This document shows positions 9,601-18,308 of a DNA stretch of 64,000 nucleotides, in pieces; position 1 is the first letter of the stretch; the number at the start of each line of letters is the position of its first letter. The translations under genes were made by a program, and so were the position numbers. Source of the stretch: an uncultured bacterium (GTDB lineage: Bacteria; Chloroflexota; UBA5177; JANWHV01); contig CAWHAE010000016.1 of the NCBI GenBank assembly GCA_963827235.1, positions 64,001 through 128,000 on the forward strand, given 5' to 3'. The notes under the pieces are model-generated. The model was given only the letters and a program-made list of their open reading frames with translations, searched no databases and was not told the DNA's origin.

Positions 9601-10827
9601 GCGCTCCCACAGCTCAAGCAGCGCGTGCTCGAGCAGCGGCAGCGCGCCCGGCTGGCTCGCCACGTCGTCCAGTACTGTATCGACCAGGCCCTGCTCGAAC
9701 TCGAGGCTCACGTGCCAGGCCGGCTCCTCGATGGCGCGACGCAAGCCCACATGATCGAGCGGACTTACCAGAAACTGCTGTGCCGCAATGCGCGCCGACA
9801 GGTCCGGATAGGCGGCGCACTTTGGGTAGAAATCAGCGCGGAGTGTGAGCAGCACGATGCAGCGGCCGTCGGCCACCGAGGCAGCGTACAGGAGGTTAGC
9901 CAAGAACTCGGACCGCTCATGCTCGTCCGTACACAGCGTGAAGATCTCCTCGAACTGGTCGACCACCCATACCACCCGGTCTGGGCCCGGACGGTCGGCG
10001 AGTGCCAGCGATACCGACAGGTGAAGCGTGCGCGCGTCCGTCCCCATGTCGTCGAGCGTGCGGTGCATCGAGCTGTGCTCGTAGAGCCTGGAAACCTGCG
10101 CGGCGAGAGTAGTGAGTGGATGGGCACCCGGCGCGAAGACGCAGGTGGTCCAGTCGTGGCTGCCTGGAAGCGCGCCTTTGCGCAGCGCCGGCACCAGGCC
10201 TGCCCTCACCAGAGACGACTTGCCGCTGCCCGAGGGGCCGAGCACGGCGAGGAAGTGCGACGTCTTCAGCTTCTCCACCAGGCGCTGTACGTCGCCGTCG
10301 CGGCCGAAAAAGAACTCGGCGTGGTCTTCGTCGAAGGTTTGCAGGCCGCGATAGGGGCACACGTCGGTGCGCGATTCCGGCTCCACCTGCTGGCCGAACG
10401 GCACGCCCTTAATTGCGTTCACCAGATGCTGGAAGGCGCGCGAATCCTCGATGCCCGGGCGAAGGTCGACCCAGGTTCGTGTGCTCAGGAAGGGCGGCAG
10501 CACAGTGGAGTCAAAAGGCTCCTGGATGCCGGGCAGCAGGACGAGAAACAGGCGGAACTTCCGGTCCTTGGCCGCCCGGTCGAGCGCGACACCCAACTCC
10601 TCGTGTACCCAGTCGCCGAGGCCATGGGGACCCACGAACACCGCGCAAGCCGAACATGCGCGAAGTCCGGCCACGAGCTCTTCCTGCCAGCGGCCGCCCG
10701 GCGTCAGGCACCACTTGTCCAGCCAGGGCTCCAGGCCGGCCGATTTCAGCTTAACGGCAAGGCGTTCGACCGCGGGTTTATCGCGGCTGTTGTGCGACAG
10801 AAAGACGTCGAAGCGCTGTTCATCCAT
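6604..10827 (-). CDS. TIR + nSTAND1-type NTPase + single TM helix + 15 WD40 repeats (NLR-like receptor)
   Basis: FDVFLSHNSRDK...WLD...WVHEE (TIR with Glu); CPYRGL..F......FFGR, GPSGSGKSS (Walker A), VVDQFEEIF (Walker B), LPLLEHAL, EVSHEALIR.W; TM LFSLGLGVLAVCMVIATIVAI; 15 GH...SPDG...WD-type repeats counted by eye. Confidence 0.93.
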   Translation of the reverse strand: MDEQRFDVFLSHNSRDKPAVERLAVKLKSAGLEPWLDKWCLTPGGRWQEELVAGLRACSACAVFVGPHGLGDWVHEELGVALDRAAKDRKFRLFLVLLPGIQEPFDSTVLPPFLSTRTWVDLRPGIEDSRAFQHLVNAIKGVPFGQQVEPESRTDVCPYRGLQTFDEDHAEFFFGRDGDVQRLVEKLKTSHFLAVLGPSGSGKSSLVRAGLVPALRKGALPGSHDWTTCVFAPGAHPLTTLAAQVSRLYEHSSMHRTLDDMGTDARTLHLSVSLALADRPGPDRVVWVVDQFEEIFTLCTDEHERSEFLANLLYAASVADGRCIVLLTLRADFYPKCAAYPDLSARIAAQQFLVSPLDHVGLRRAIEEPAWHVSLEFEQGLVDTVLDDVASQPGALPLLEHALLELWERRRGHMLTLEAYRESGGVQGAIAKRADTIFSQFSDDEQRIARRALLRLTQPGEGTEDTRRRASLSELTTGAAQAGSVDAVVHALVAARLLTTSEDEATHGHMVEVSHEALIRGWPQLRSWIDEDRSGLRVQRRLTEAALEWQRLDRDESTLYRGARLATALEWQSQHADSLNELESAFLDESALAQRREEEQEQERQRRELEAAKRLAESERRQAEAERRRARVARLFSLGLGVLAVCMVIATIVAIQRTNQAQSAEKAARASQALAEQRRSEAVTASNLAISRELAANSLAKLDSDPQLSLLLADSAVRRAGTSEATEALRQALSQPYPREVLRGNKGLLFGAAYSPDGRYVATAGYDHTARIFDARTGRTLAVLTGHTGYVLVAAFSHDGRYLVTTSVDDTARVWEVPGGRLVNILRGHKGPVIAASFSPDDSRILTGSYDDTARIWDARTGRQLLVLTGHTYPVWDAVYSPDGRYVATASADYTARLWDAGTGRSLRVLSGHKDIVDLVAFSPDSRYVATASWDGTARVWTVPDGKLLSVITGHSGNHINSLTFSPDGHYVLTAGSEGAALVSSVDTGEMSAYLFAGQTIILWSATYSRDGRLIVTAAGDGTSRVWAAQGGYPLAALRSTGGDVYSAMFSPDGNSVLTGNRDGAARIWDFHAGSILAAVPAGAALLEAAYSPSGSQIVAVTKDATARVFDGRTGRPITTMTGQGGQVKQAIYSPDGSMLATASDDGSTWIWSTRTWQRLQNLGRHSGGVNQVAFSPDGRLLATAGADGTVVVWSVPAWKVVTTLRGFQGLAKGELFTAASVAFSPDSRTLAVIANGAVTSHLLILYSVDNWHKLRQASISSSLVWTVAYSPDGKYLVTSSDDSTARVWDAGTEEGIAVLKAHTGFVSDAEFSPDSRWIVTSGVDDTVRLWSVGDWTQDAVLVGHGASVFTASFGPDGRSVLSSGLDGEIRVHTCGICGSQSQLLALAAQQETRTLTPAERTTYLHE

Positions 10828-10973
10828 GTGCGGTTGCAGCAGCCTCCCGAACGCGTTGGCCTGGCACGAACCCGCGGCTCATGGCCCACCGTACCTGAGC
10901 CGGTCGGACATACTGACGTGTTCAACTGTAGCAGCAGGTTGTTGCCTCTGCAACGGATTCTACACGTCAGGGC

Positions 10974-13900
10974 TCAGGAGCCCGTAACCTGCCGCTCGTC
11001 GACCAGGAGCAGGGGGTCGAAGGCCACGTTGTTTACCCGCATCTCAAAATGGACGTGGGGACCGGTCGCCCAGCCGGTTTGACCCTCGTAGCCGATGACC
11101 TGTCCCTGGCTCACCACCTCGCCCACGCGGACCTGCAGGTCATGGGCCCCGATCTGCATGTGGCCGTAGATGGTAACGGTGTGCGCGTTGTGCATGATCA
11201 CCACGCTGTTGCCGTAGCTCTCGGAGGGCTCGCCGGGCACGGTGAGGCCCGCGTGGATCACGATGCCGCCGGCCGCGGCGTGGACCGGCGTGCCGTCCGC
11301 AGCCGCGATATCCAGCCCGGTGTGGAAGGACTGGAAGGGCGTGGACCCGCCGAAGAGCGTGGTGATCACGCCGGTCACCGGCGGCAGGTAACCGGTCACA
11401 TTCTCCATCACGCCGGCCTTGATGAGCTGCTGCTGCGTGAACTGGCTATACCCGTTGGAGGCAAGCTGGTTATCCAACATATAGGTCGCAGAGGCTGTTG
11501 AGAACGAGATCGGCAGCGTGACCCAGCCCGGCAACGGTGCAAGCGGCGCGGGCAGCGGCTCGAGCGCAGGCGAGGGGCCGGGTTGCGCGACGGCCTTGGG
11601 GCCCGGCCCGGGAGTGGGCACCGGAGGCGTTGCCGTCGGGCGCCTGGACGTAGCGGTCGGGCGCGGCGTAGGCGACGCAGTCCGCGTGGGGGTTTTCGTC
11701 GGCGTGCGCGGGCGGGTCGCACTGGCAGAAGGCATCGCCGTGGGCGTGCCGGTCAAGCTTGCAGCAGGCGATCGGCTAGCCGAGCCGGTAGCCGCGGATC
11801 GTGAGGACAGACTCTCGGCAGCAGTTGGACTAGGGGTCGGAGTCCGGCTGGACGTTGGCGTCGCAGTGGGGACTCGGCTGGCGGTGGACGACGGCGTGGA
11901 CGTGCCGGTGGCAGTGGGACGCTCCGTCGAGGTACTTGTGGCTGTGCGACGCGGCGTGACCGTGCTGCTCGGCGTCGAGGTCGGCGCGGGAGTGGCAGTG
12001 GACGTGGACTCGGGCGTCGGAGTGCGCACCCGCACAGTCGGGCTCGGCGTGACCGTGCGGGTAGGCCGCGGAGTGGACGTCGGTGAGCCGGTAGGAGAGG
12101 GCGCCAAGACGACCGCTGTCTGTGTGGCAGAGGGAGCCGCCTGCAGCGCAGGAGAGGGAGTCTCAGCGGACGCGCCCGCAGCCGGGCTTCCTGCTGGAGT
12201 GACAGTCGAGGTCGAAGAGGGCGCGGTCGACTCAGTCGCCGTCGCACTTACCGGCGACGAGGCCGCTAGTGCCAGGGCGGTACCGGTCGGCGTCGCGCTC
12301 GGCGTGACTGCCGCCGCAGTGGGCGTCGGGGTTACGGAGTGGACGGATTCGGTCGCACTCGCGGTGCTCGAAGGCACACGCAGTACCGGCGTGCCGTCGT
12401 CGATTACGGGCCCGGCGGCGGGGAGGCCGATCGCGGCCGCCGCTCCATGCATGGGCATGCCGCCGCCGCCCACGGCCGGGCGCGAGGCACGAACCGTGGA
12501 GGGCGCTTCGCCGTCTGCCGCTGCTGGAGCTAGCTGAGTTGAGCCGGTCGAGAACGGCCGGCCAGACGTGCGGGTAGGAACGGCGCGTCCCGGTCTCGCC
12601 AGTCGAATCGGGCCCATGGTCGCCGTCAACCGCGCATGCAGCCTGCCAAAGGTTGGCGTCGCCGCCGGGGTGGCGGTCCGAGAAGTCTCGCCCGGTCGCG
12701 CAGACGGACTTGGCGCCGGCGTACGGCTCGGAGTTCGCGTGGGACTGGGCACCACGGTACCCCTTGGCGTGCCGGTAGGCGGCGCCGCTTTGTACTTCAG
12801 ATAGTAGTTCCAGGCGGACTTGCGCGTCTGCCAGGCAGCAAGCCGAGTCTGGTAAGCGTTCCAGGCATTGGTCCTGTCCCAAAACGCCTGCTGTAGTATC
12901 GAATTGTGGCTGACGGCGGCAGAGAGCGCGGCATTGAAGGTGGCCAGCCGGGCATCGTACAGCGGTTTGATCGCCTCGTACGCCGCGTCGCCGTTCTGCA
13001 GGATCGACGACAGACTCGTGAGCAGAGCGCTCTCCTTCCGCAGCCCGTCTCGGATGGACTTGTCAGAGAGCAGATCCGAGACCCTCGCCGATGCCGAAAG
13101 GGTCATCGTCGTGGAGACCGGCACCACTGCTTGCAGGAGCCCGTCGCCGTTGGCCGCCAGCGACAGCGTCACGGAGGATCCGGAAGGCGCGGACGGTGCC
13201 TCCGCCGCCACGACGTACGAGCTGACCTGACCGCTTTCCAGCCGGCCGGAGGCAGAGGCAAGCGTGCCCAACGTGAGCAAGGTAGAGCTGCCGGTCAATG
13301 GCGCCGTCTCGGTGTAGGCCCAGGTCACGGCGACCGGAAGCGGCAACTCCGGCACCACCGACTCCGTGTGCCGGGCGGAATCCTGGGAGGGGAAGATCGA
13401 ATACCGGCCCAGCACGGACGTGATCTGGCTCATCCGCGTGATCGGCTCGGATGCCTGCACGGCGACGCTGGACAACCGATCGGGCAGAGAGAGCGCGTCG
13501 ACCAGATCGGGAAGGACCTGGGAGGACCGCATGACCGCGGTCAGCGCCGCGGCACCATGAGTGGGGATCTGCGCGGGCGGAACCGTCGTGGTTATGGCAA
13601 CGTCGGCAGCAGGTGTGAGAACGACTTGCGGCGCGACGCCGGCGACCGGCTCCATCTTGCCCTCGACCTCGAGCTGTCGAGGGAGGCCCAGGTCCACTGC
13701 CGCACCGAGCCGGGCGTAGACGGGCGCACTGGCGGCCGAGCCAGCCACGAGCTGCGGGCTGCCGGTTGGCGCCTTCTCCGTTGCAGTCGAGCGGTTGGAC
13801 GGCGGATCCGACAGGGAGGAGAAGAGCTGCACGGCGGAGGAGTCGAGCAGAGCAGAGCGCCAGGCACTGCTGCCCGGCATGTCGCCGACCGCGGGAGACA

Positions 13901-14312
13901 CGACCGGGGTAGCGGCCGGCACGGAGAGGTGGGCGCCCAGCATGACGCCGGGCGCAATGCTGCGGTCGCTTTCGGCAGTGGGAGTGGACGACGGAGTCGG
14001 GGAAGGCGTCAGGAGTCTGGCAGACTGGGCAAACAGCGTGGCCTGGGCGGCCAGGGAAGGCCGCAGCGCATGAACCAAGTCGCGGGCGATGGCGGCGCCC
14101 ACCACGCCGTCCACGGCGTCAAGCTCGGCCAGCGTAGACGTACGGGCGGCCACGAACGAGCTGAGCCTCGCGGCGAGTACATCGTAGCTAGTAGTCTTCG
14201 CTTGCGCCCGGTACGGAGCGAGCGACTGCCCGATCACGGAGAGGCAAACAAGCAGTATCAGTGCCCCGCGGCAACGCGCGCGAATGGACACGGCACCGCC
14301 GTAAGCTACCAT
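10974..14312 (-). CDS. Large secreted M23 family metallopeptidase with Thr/Ser/Pro-rich linker
   Basis: Signal peptide ending in AQA; long TP/ST low-complexity region; C-terminal HTGLD and GPHVHFE zinc motifs plus YGN..YGH. Confidence 0.85.
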   Translation of the reverse strand: MVAYGGAVSIRARCRGALILLVCLSVIGQSLAPYRAQAKTTSYDVLAARLSSFVAARTSTLAELDAVDGVVGAAIARDLVHALRPSLAAQATLFAQSARLLTPSPTPSSTPTAESDRSIAPGVMLGAHLSVPAATPVVSPAVGDMPGSSAWRSALLDSSAVQLFSSLSDPPSNRSTATEKAPTGSPQLVAGSAASAPVYARLGAAVDLGLPRQLEVEGKMEPVAGVAPQVVLTPAADVAITTTVPPAQIPTHGAAALTAVMRSSQVLPDLVDALSLPDRLSSVAVQASEPITRMSQITSVLGRYSIFPSQDSARHTESVVPELPLPVAVTWAYTETAPLTGSSTLLTLGTLASASGRLESGQVSSYVVAAEAPSAPSGSSVTLSLAANGDGLLQAVVPVSTTMTLSASARVSDLLSDKSIRDGLRKESALLTSLSSILQNGDAAYEAIKPLYDARLATFNAALSAAVSHNSILQQAFWDRTNAWNAYQTRLAAWQTRKSAWNYYLKYKAAPPTGTPRGTVVPSPTRTPSRTPAPSPSARPGETSRTATPAATPTFGRLHARLTATMGPIRLARPGRAVPTRTSGRPFSTGSTQLAPAAADGEAPSTVRASRPAVGGGGMPMHGAAAAIGLPAAGPVIDDGTPVLRVPSSTASATESVHSVTPTPTAAAVTPSATPTGTALALAASSPVSATATESTAPSSTSTVTPAGSPAAGASAETPSPALQAAPSATQTAVVLAPSPTGSPTSTPRPTRTVTPSPTVRVRTPTPESTSTATPAPTSTPSSTVTPRRTATSTSTERPTATGTSTPSSTASRVPTATPTSSRTPTPSPTAAESLSSRSAATGSASRSPAASLTGTPTAMPSASATRPRTPTKTPTRTASPTPRPTATSRRPTATPPVPTPGPGPKAVAQPGPSPALEPLPAPLAPLPGWVTLPISFSTASATYMLDNQLASNGYSQFTQQQLIKAGVMENVTGYLPPVTGVITTLFGGSTPFQSFHTGLDIAAADGTPVHAAAGGIVIHAGLTVPGEPSESYGNSVVIMHNAHTVTIYGHMQIGAHDLQVRVGEVVSQGQVIGYEGQTGWATGPHVHFEMRVNNVAFDPLLLVDERQVTGS

Positions 14313-14392
14313 TGACGCTGAACCTGGTTCCGGCCATAGCTCGAGGTAATTACCATGGAAGCAAGCCGCCGAACAGCAGTGTGCGAGACAAT

Positions 14393-15250
14393 CTAGCCTA
14401 CGCGGAACGCAGTCTGGCCCAGCAGAAGGCCATTCTTATAGAATAGCAGCCTGTAGCTACCAGAAGGCAACGGCTTTGCGCCGTGGTCGTAGTCGGCCCA
14501 CACTTTGAATGACTGTACCGCCAGGAACGCGTGTTTGCCCATGGTACGGCCGGCGACCACCGTGATATCGTCGCGCGGCAGCGTCTGACCGTCTCGCTGG
14601 AATACGAAGCGCAGCACGTCGGTAGATCGGACGTTCGTCAGAGTAGCCACGGCCCAGAGACGGTAGGCCGGCGAGACAAACCTGCTCGCCTTCTCTACTG
14701 GAACCTCACCGACCACGTTACGGGCGATCACGAGCTTCACCGCGGCGCCCGTGGCAGCCTGGGGGGTCGCCGAGCCCTTGACGATCGGCTGAAGAACGGG
14801 CGTCGACGATATCGCAGGGCTCGGGGTCGGCTGCTCGGAGCCTACCGCCATCATGGAGCCGATCTCGACCACGGTTGCCGATGGCGACGACAGCAGGACC
14901 ACGGTGGCCGATCGTACGACGCTGCTGGCAGCGTGCGCGGGCGTGGGCGATACGACAGCCACTGCCGGCAACTTCGGCGCCGGAGAGGCCGAGCTGCTAT
15001 GGACGGCCAGCGCGATGAGGTGCACCACCAACCAGACGATAGCGGCCAATATGACGATGCAGCCCGTGACAAATACGAAGAACGGGATATAGGACTTCAG
15101 CGGAGGCCGCCGGCGTGGTCGCCGAGCGGGCTGTGCCAACGCACCATCCACCAATCGTGAGGCCCTCCATCTAACTCGCGCTTCGCGTTGCCATCGCGTA
15201 GGTCGCAGCCGCACTCGCGAGCCCGTCCGGGCTCGCGAGTGCTGCCTCAC
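14393..15250 (-). CDS. Single-pass membrane protein with C-terminal Ig-like beta domain; start uncertain
   Basis: Arg-rich N-terminus, TM YIPFFVFVTGCIVILAAIVWLVVHLIALAV, S/P/T linker, beta-rich C-terminus ending LPSGSYRLLFYKNGLLLGQTAFRV. Confidence 0.65.
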   Translation of the reverse strand: MRQHSRARTGSRVRLRPTRWQREARVRWRASRLVDGALAQPARRPRRRPPLKSYIPFFVFVTGCIVILAAIVWLVVHLIALAVHSSSASPAPKLPAVAVVSPTPAHAASSVVRSATVVLLSSPSATVVEIGSMMAVGSEQPTPSPAISSTPVLQPIVKGSATPQAATGAAVKLVIARNVVGEVPVEKASRFVSPAYRLWAVATLTNVRSTDVLRFVFQRDGQTLPRDDITVVAGRTMGKHAFLAVQSFKVWADYDHGAKPLPSGSYRLLFYKNGLLLGQTAFRVG

Positions 15251-15491
15251 CGCGGACTCGCTCGTCCGATTCCTGCCTCGCGCCGCCCTCGGACGGGGCG
15301 CCAGTGACCAGGGACAGCAGACCGCACCCGACCGGAAGGGCGCCAATCGGGCACACTGCACACCTGGGCAAGGGAGCCCGTACTGCCCGAGTTTACAGCA
15401 TCTTTGCCCACCGGCCACGTCCAAGGTGGATAACATGCACAAGAGCCGTGCGCGGTGCCGGCCCCATTTTGCTCTGGAGACGAAACGACCG

Positions 15492-16397
15492 ATGGACATA
15501 AGCGTTCCGGCCGTGAAGCGGAACACGCGGCTGGTAGCAGGGTTGCTCGTTTTCGTTGCCGCCATAGTGAGCCTGCATTACCTGGCTCGCTGGAAGGATC
15601 CGGCGTGGCAACCGTGGCCGACCGCGGCGGCCGCCATTGCCTGCATCGTGGTCGGAATCACCCTGATTCGATCGCTGATGGCCGCCATGGCAAGACGGTC
15701 GGTCGACTACCTGGGGGTTACCCGCGTGCAGTCCGCGCGAGCGGTGGTGAGCGGCGTGCTCTATCTGCTCCTGGTGCTGGTCGTGGCAGGCCAGACCGAG
15801 ATCGACCTCAGCGGCATAGCGCTGAGCGGGGCGGTGACCGGAGTGATTGTCGGCATCGCCGCACAAGCGTCGATAGCCAACGTGGTCGCCGGGCTGGTGA
15901 TCCTGTTCGCTCGGCCCTTCCGGCCGGGCCAGTATGTCACGGTGCGCGCGGCCGCGTTTGCCGGCAACGAATACAGCGGCGTGGTCGGCGAGATCACCCT
16001 GTTCTATACGACCGTCCTGTCGGCAGCTCAAGAGATTCGGGTACCGAACAGCTCCATGGTGACGAGCGTGGTGATCCTTCGGCAACAGCTCTTCGAGATC
16101 TATCTGCCGGTCCTGGTGCCCGTTGCGGAATTCAACACCTTGTCGCTGACGAGCGTAGCAAGCTCCCTGGAAGCGAGCCTCCCCGCGGGCCGTACCGTGA
16201 GCGTCCAGGTCGAGAAGGTGGAGGCGGGCAGCGCGCAGGTGGCAATCCGCGCCTCGCTGGCCACGCTCGAGGAGCGTGCGACGCTGGAACAGGCAGTGGT
16301 TATGACGCTCGGCGGTCGTGAGACGGCGACAACGCCAGCGCCGGCGCACTATGACGATACCGCCCCAGCCGCCGTTGAAGCCGAGGGGCGGCGGTAG
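15492..16397 (+). CDS. mscS: MscS family small-conductance mechanosensitive channel
   Basis: GAVTGVIVGIAAQASIANVVAGLVILFARPFRPGQYV, G.VGEITLFYT, VPNS; GGAGA RBS. Confidence 0.9.
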   Translation: MDISVPAVKRNTRLVAGLLVFVAAIVSLHYLARWKDPAWQPWPTAAAAIACIVVGITLIRSLMAAMARRSVDYLGVTRVQSARAVVSGVLYLLLVLVVAGQTEIDLSGIALSGAVTGVIVGIAAQASIANVVAGLVILFARPFRPGQYVTVRAAAFAGNEYSGVVGEITLFYTTVLSAAQEIRVPNSSMVTSVVILRQQLFEIYLPVLVPVAEFNTLSLTSVASSLEASLPAGRTVSVQVEKVEAGSAQVAIRASLATLEERATLEQAVVMTLGGRETATTPAPAHYDDTAPAAVEAEGRR

Positions 16398-16670
16398 AGC
16401 GCAGGTCCTTCGCACTAACCGGCCGGCGGATCCTCAGGAGGTTGCCGGTGGCGCTCGCATACTCCGGTAGCACACGAGTGGAAGGGCCCGCGCAGCCGGC
16501 CACGTGCATGAGCTGAAGCACGTGTCTCGGCGGATGGAACTGCACTTTACCGAAGCCACGGTCAATCCCGCAAGCTTTGCTCGAGCGCGCCCGTGGACTG
16601 ACGGAGGCGGGCAAGATGCCCGCGGCCCCGGGTTGGAGGCCACATCCGCGGATGCCGGCGTGGCCTGTCT

Positions 16671-17585
16671 TCAGGCGCCCTGGCCCTGTGAGGGTGGCCG
16701 CCGCAAAGCCGGCAGCCGCGCCGGATCGTGGCCCTCCTTCGCGGCGGCCGGCGCAGCGCCGGTCGCATCCGCCGACGCCGGATCCGGTCGATCAAGAAAC
16801 GACTGGATCAGCGCATTCACCGTGCGCGCCTGGTTGAAGAACAGGTCGTGACCGCCCGGCACGACGCGCACCTCGGCGCCTGGAATGGCGGCCGCGATGG
16901 CAGCGGCGTTGCGCGGCGGTAGCAGACGGTCCTTGACGCCCCAGACGATCAGGGTGGGCGCGCGCAGTCGCGGCAGATCGGGGCGGATGTCGGAGGTCCG
17001 AATCTGGCGAAAAGCATGCCAGAGGAGGCGCGGCCCTGCCCGCAGTGCACCGCCTGCGACGATCGGCGTAAAGCGAGGGTCGGCCTCCAGCCGGGAGCGG
17101 AGGGCGCGCGTCATCAGCCCCAGCGCACGCGTGTCGAACGGCAGACCGGCTGGGGCCAGCAACACCAGACGCCGGACGAGGTCCGGATGGCGCGCCGCGA
17201 GCATCACAGCCAACTCACCGCCCATGGAGTGGCCCACCAGATCGGCCGGCGCCAGCCCGTTCAGCTCAATCCAGCGTGCCAGCACGGCGATTGATCGCTC
17301 GAAGCTATATGAGTGGGTAAGGCGGCTGCCGCCGAATCCCGGCAGATCGAGCGCGTAGACCGATCGCGACTGGGCGAGCGCCGCGAGGTTGCGTTGCCAC
17401 CAGCCCGCGTCGCCGGCGTAGCCATGAAAGAGAATGAGCGGGAGGCCCGACCCGGCCTGCAGCCAGGCCAGTCGTTCGCCGTCAACCAGCTGCTCGTGGC
17501 GCGACGCTCCCGGCCCGGCCCAGGACGGGGCCGGCCACTGCCTCGTGACAGGTTGAGTAGTGCCCTTCATCTTGCCCTTGCTCAT
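16671..17585 (-). CDS. Alpha/beta fold hydrolase; start uncertain
   Basis: HGYAG, DLPGFGGS, GHSMGG nucleophile elbow, WGVKD, GGHD. Confidence 0.88.
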   Translation of the reverse strand: MSKGKMKGTTQPVTRQWPAPSWAGPGASRHEQLVDGERLAWLQAGSGLPLILFHGYAGDAGWWQRNLAALAQSRSVYALDLPGFGGSRLTHSYSFERSIAVLARWIELNGLAPADLVGHSMGGELAVMLAARHPDLVRRLVLLAPAGLPFDTRALGLMTRALRSRLEADPRFTPIVAGGALRAGPRLLWHAFRQIRTSDIRPDLPRLRAPTLIVWGVKDRLLPPRNAAAIAAAIPGAEVRVVPGGHDLFFNQARTVNALIQSFLDRPDPASADATGAAPAAAKEGHDPARLPALRRPPSQGQGA

Positions 17586-17834
17586 CGCCGGCCTGCTCTT
17601 CGACGAAGCGCATCCGGGGCAGGCTGCCTGTGCCATCATGATACCGATACCGTCATATTCCCGACCGTCGCCGCCCGGCCTGCTGCCGGCACAGCATTCC
17701 TTGACGCCGCTCGGACCGGCGGAAGCCGGGCTCGGCCGGACCGCCGCGGCTCGATCTCGATGCAGTACGCCTGCCTCGCGGGTACCTCGTCCAGAGGCAA
17801 GCGCCAGCGGCAAGCGGCAGGCGGCTCGGGTTGG

Positions 17835-17864
17835 TTGCAGCGGTTTCAGCGCCGATGATATACT
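17835..17864 (+). promoter_or_regulatory. Sigma70-type promoter of the tRNA pair
   Basis: TTGCAG-N18-TATACT with extended -10 (TGnTATACT), 11 nt before tRNA-Arg. Confidence 0.6.
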
Positions 17865-17875
17865 CCGGTAGGCAG

Positions 17876-17949
17876 GCGCTCGTAGCTCATCAGGATAGAG
17901 CAGGGACCTTCTAAGTCCAAGGTTGTGGGTTCGAATCCCACCGAGCGCA
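17876..17949 (+). tRNA. tRNA-Arg(TCT)
   Basis: Acceptor stem GCGCTCG/CGAGCGC, D arm TAGCTC..GGATAGAGC, anticodon loop CTTCTAA, T loop GGTTCGAATCC; CCA not encoded. Confidence 0.95.
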
Positions 17950-17961
17950 CAGGGCATTCAT

Positions 17962-18035
17962 GGTGACCGTAGCTCAATTGGCAGAGCACTGGATTGTGGC
18001 TCCAGTGGTTGTGGGTTCAAGCCCCATCGGTCACC
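17962..18035 (+). tRNA. tRNA-His(GTG)
   Basis: G-1 plus GTGACCG/CGGTCAC acceptor stem, C discriminator, anticodon arm CTGGA-TTGTGGC-TCCAG, GGTTCAAGCC T arm. Confidence 0.95.
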
Positions 18036-18308
18036 CAGCTATTTCAGGCAGGCAGATAGAGCCTGGCCCAGAGACGCGCCGCTCTCAGATGGCGCTCGTA
18101 CTATCGGTCTCTGCTCAGGACGTGCTGCTCCAAGACGGCCGACGCGGCATCCGGTTGGTCGCTGGTCGGTCGCTGCCGGCAGTGCCGGTCTGACCGAGGA
18201 GGATCCTGCTCGGCATCAGGGCGGCACCGCCGAGCACCACACGTTCTGCCGGCTGTGTGAGCGCGCTATTGTGACTGCCGGCGATCGGCGTGGTCTGTGT
18301 GGACACCT

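Noticed and set aside
7438-11082. 1214-aa plus-strand ORF and similar long ORFs (11518..12537, 12906..14315, 42840..44480, 58597..59970)
   Set aside because: Antisense shadows of motif-rich genes on the other strand, expected at high GC; no recognisable domains.
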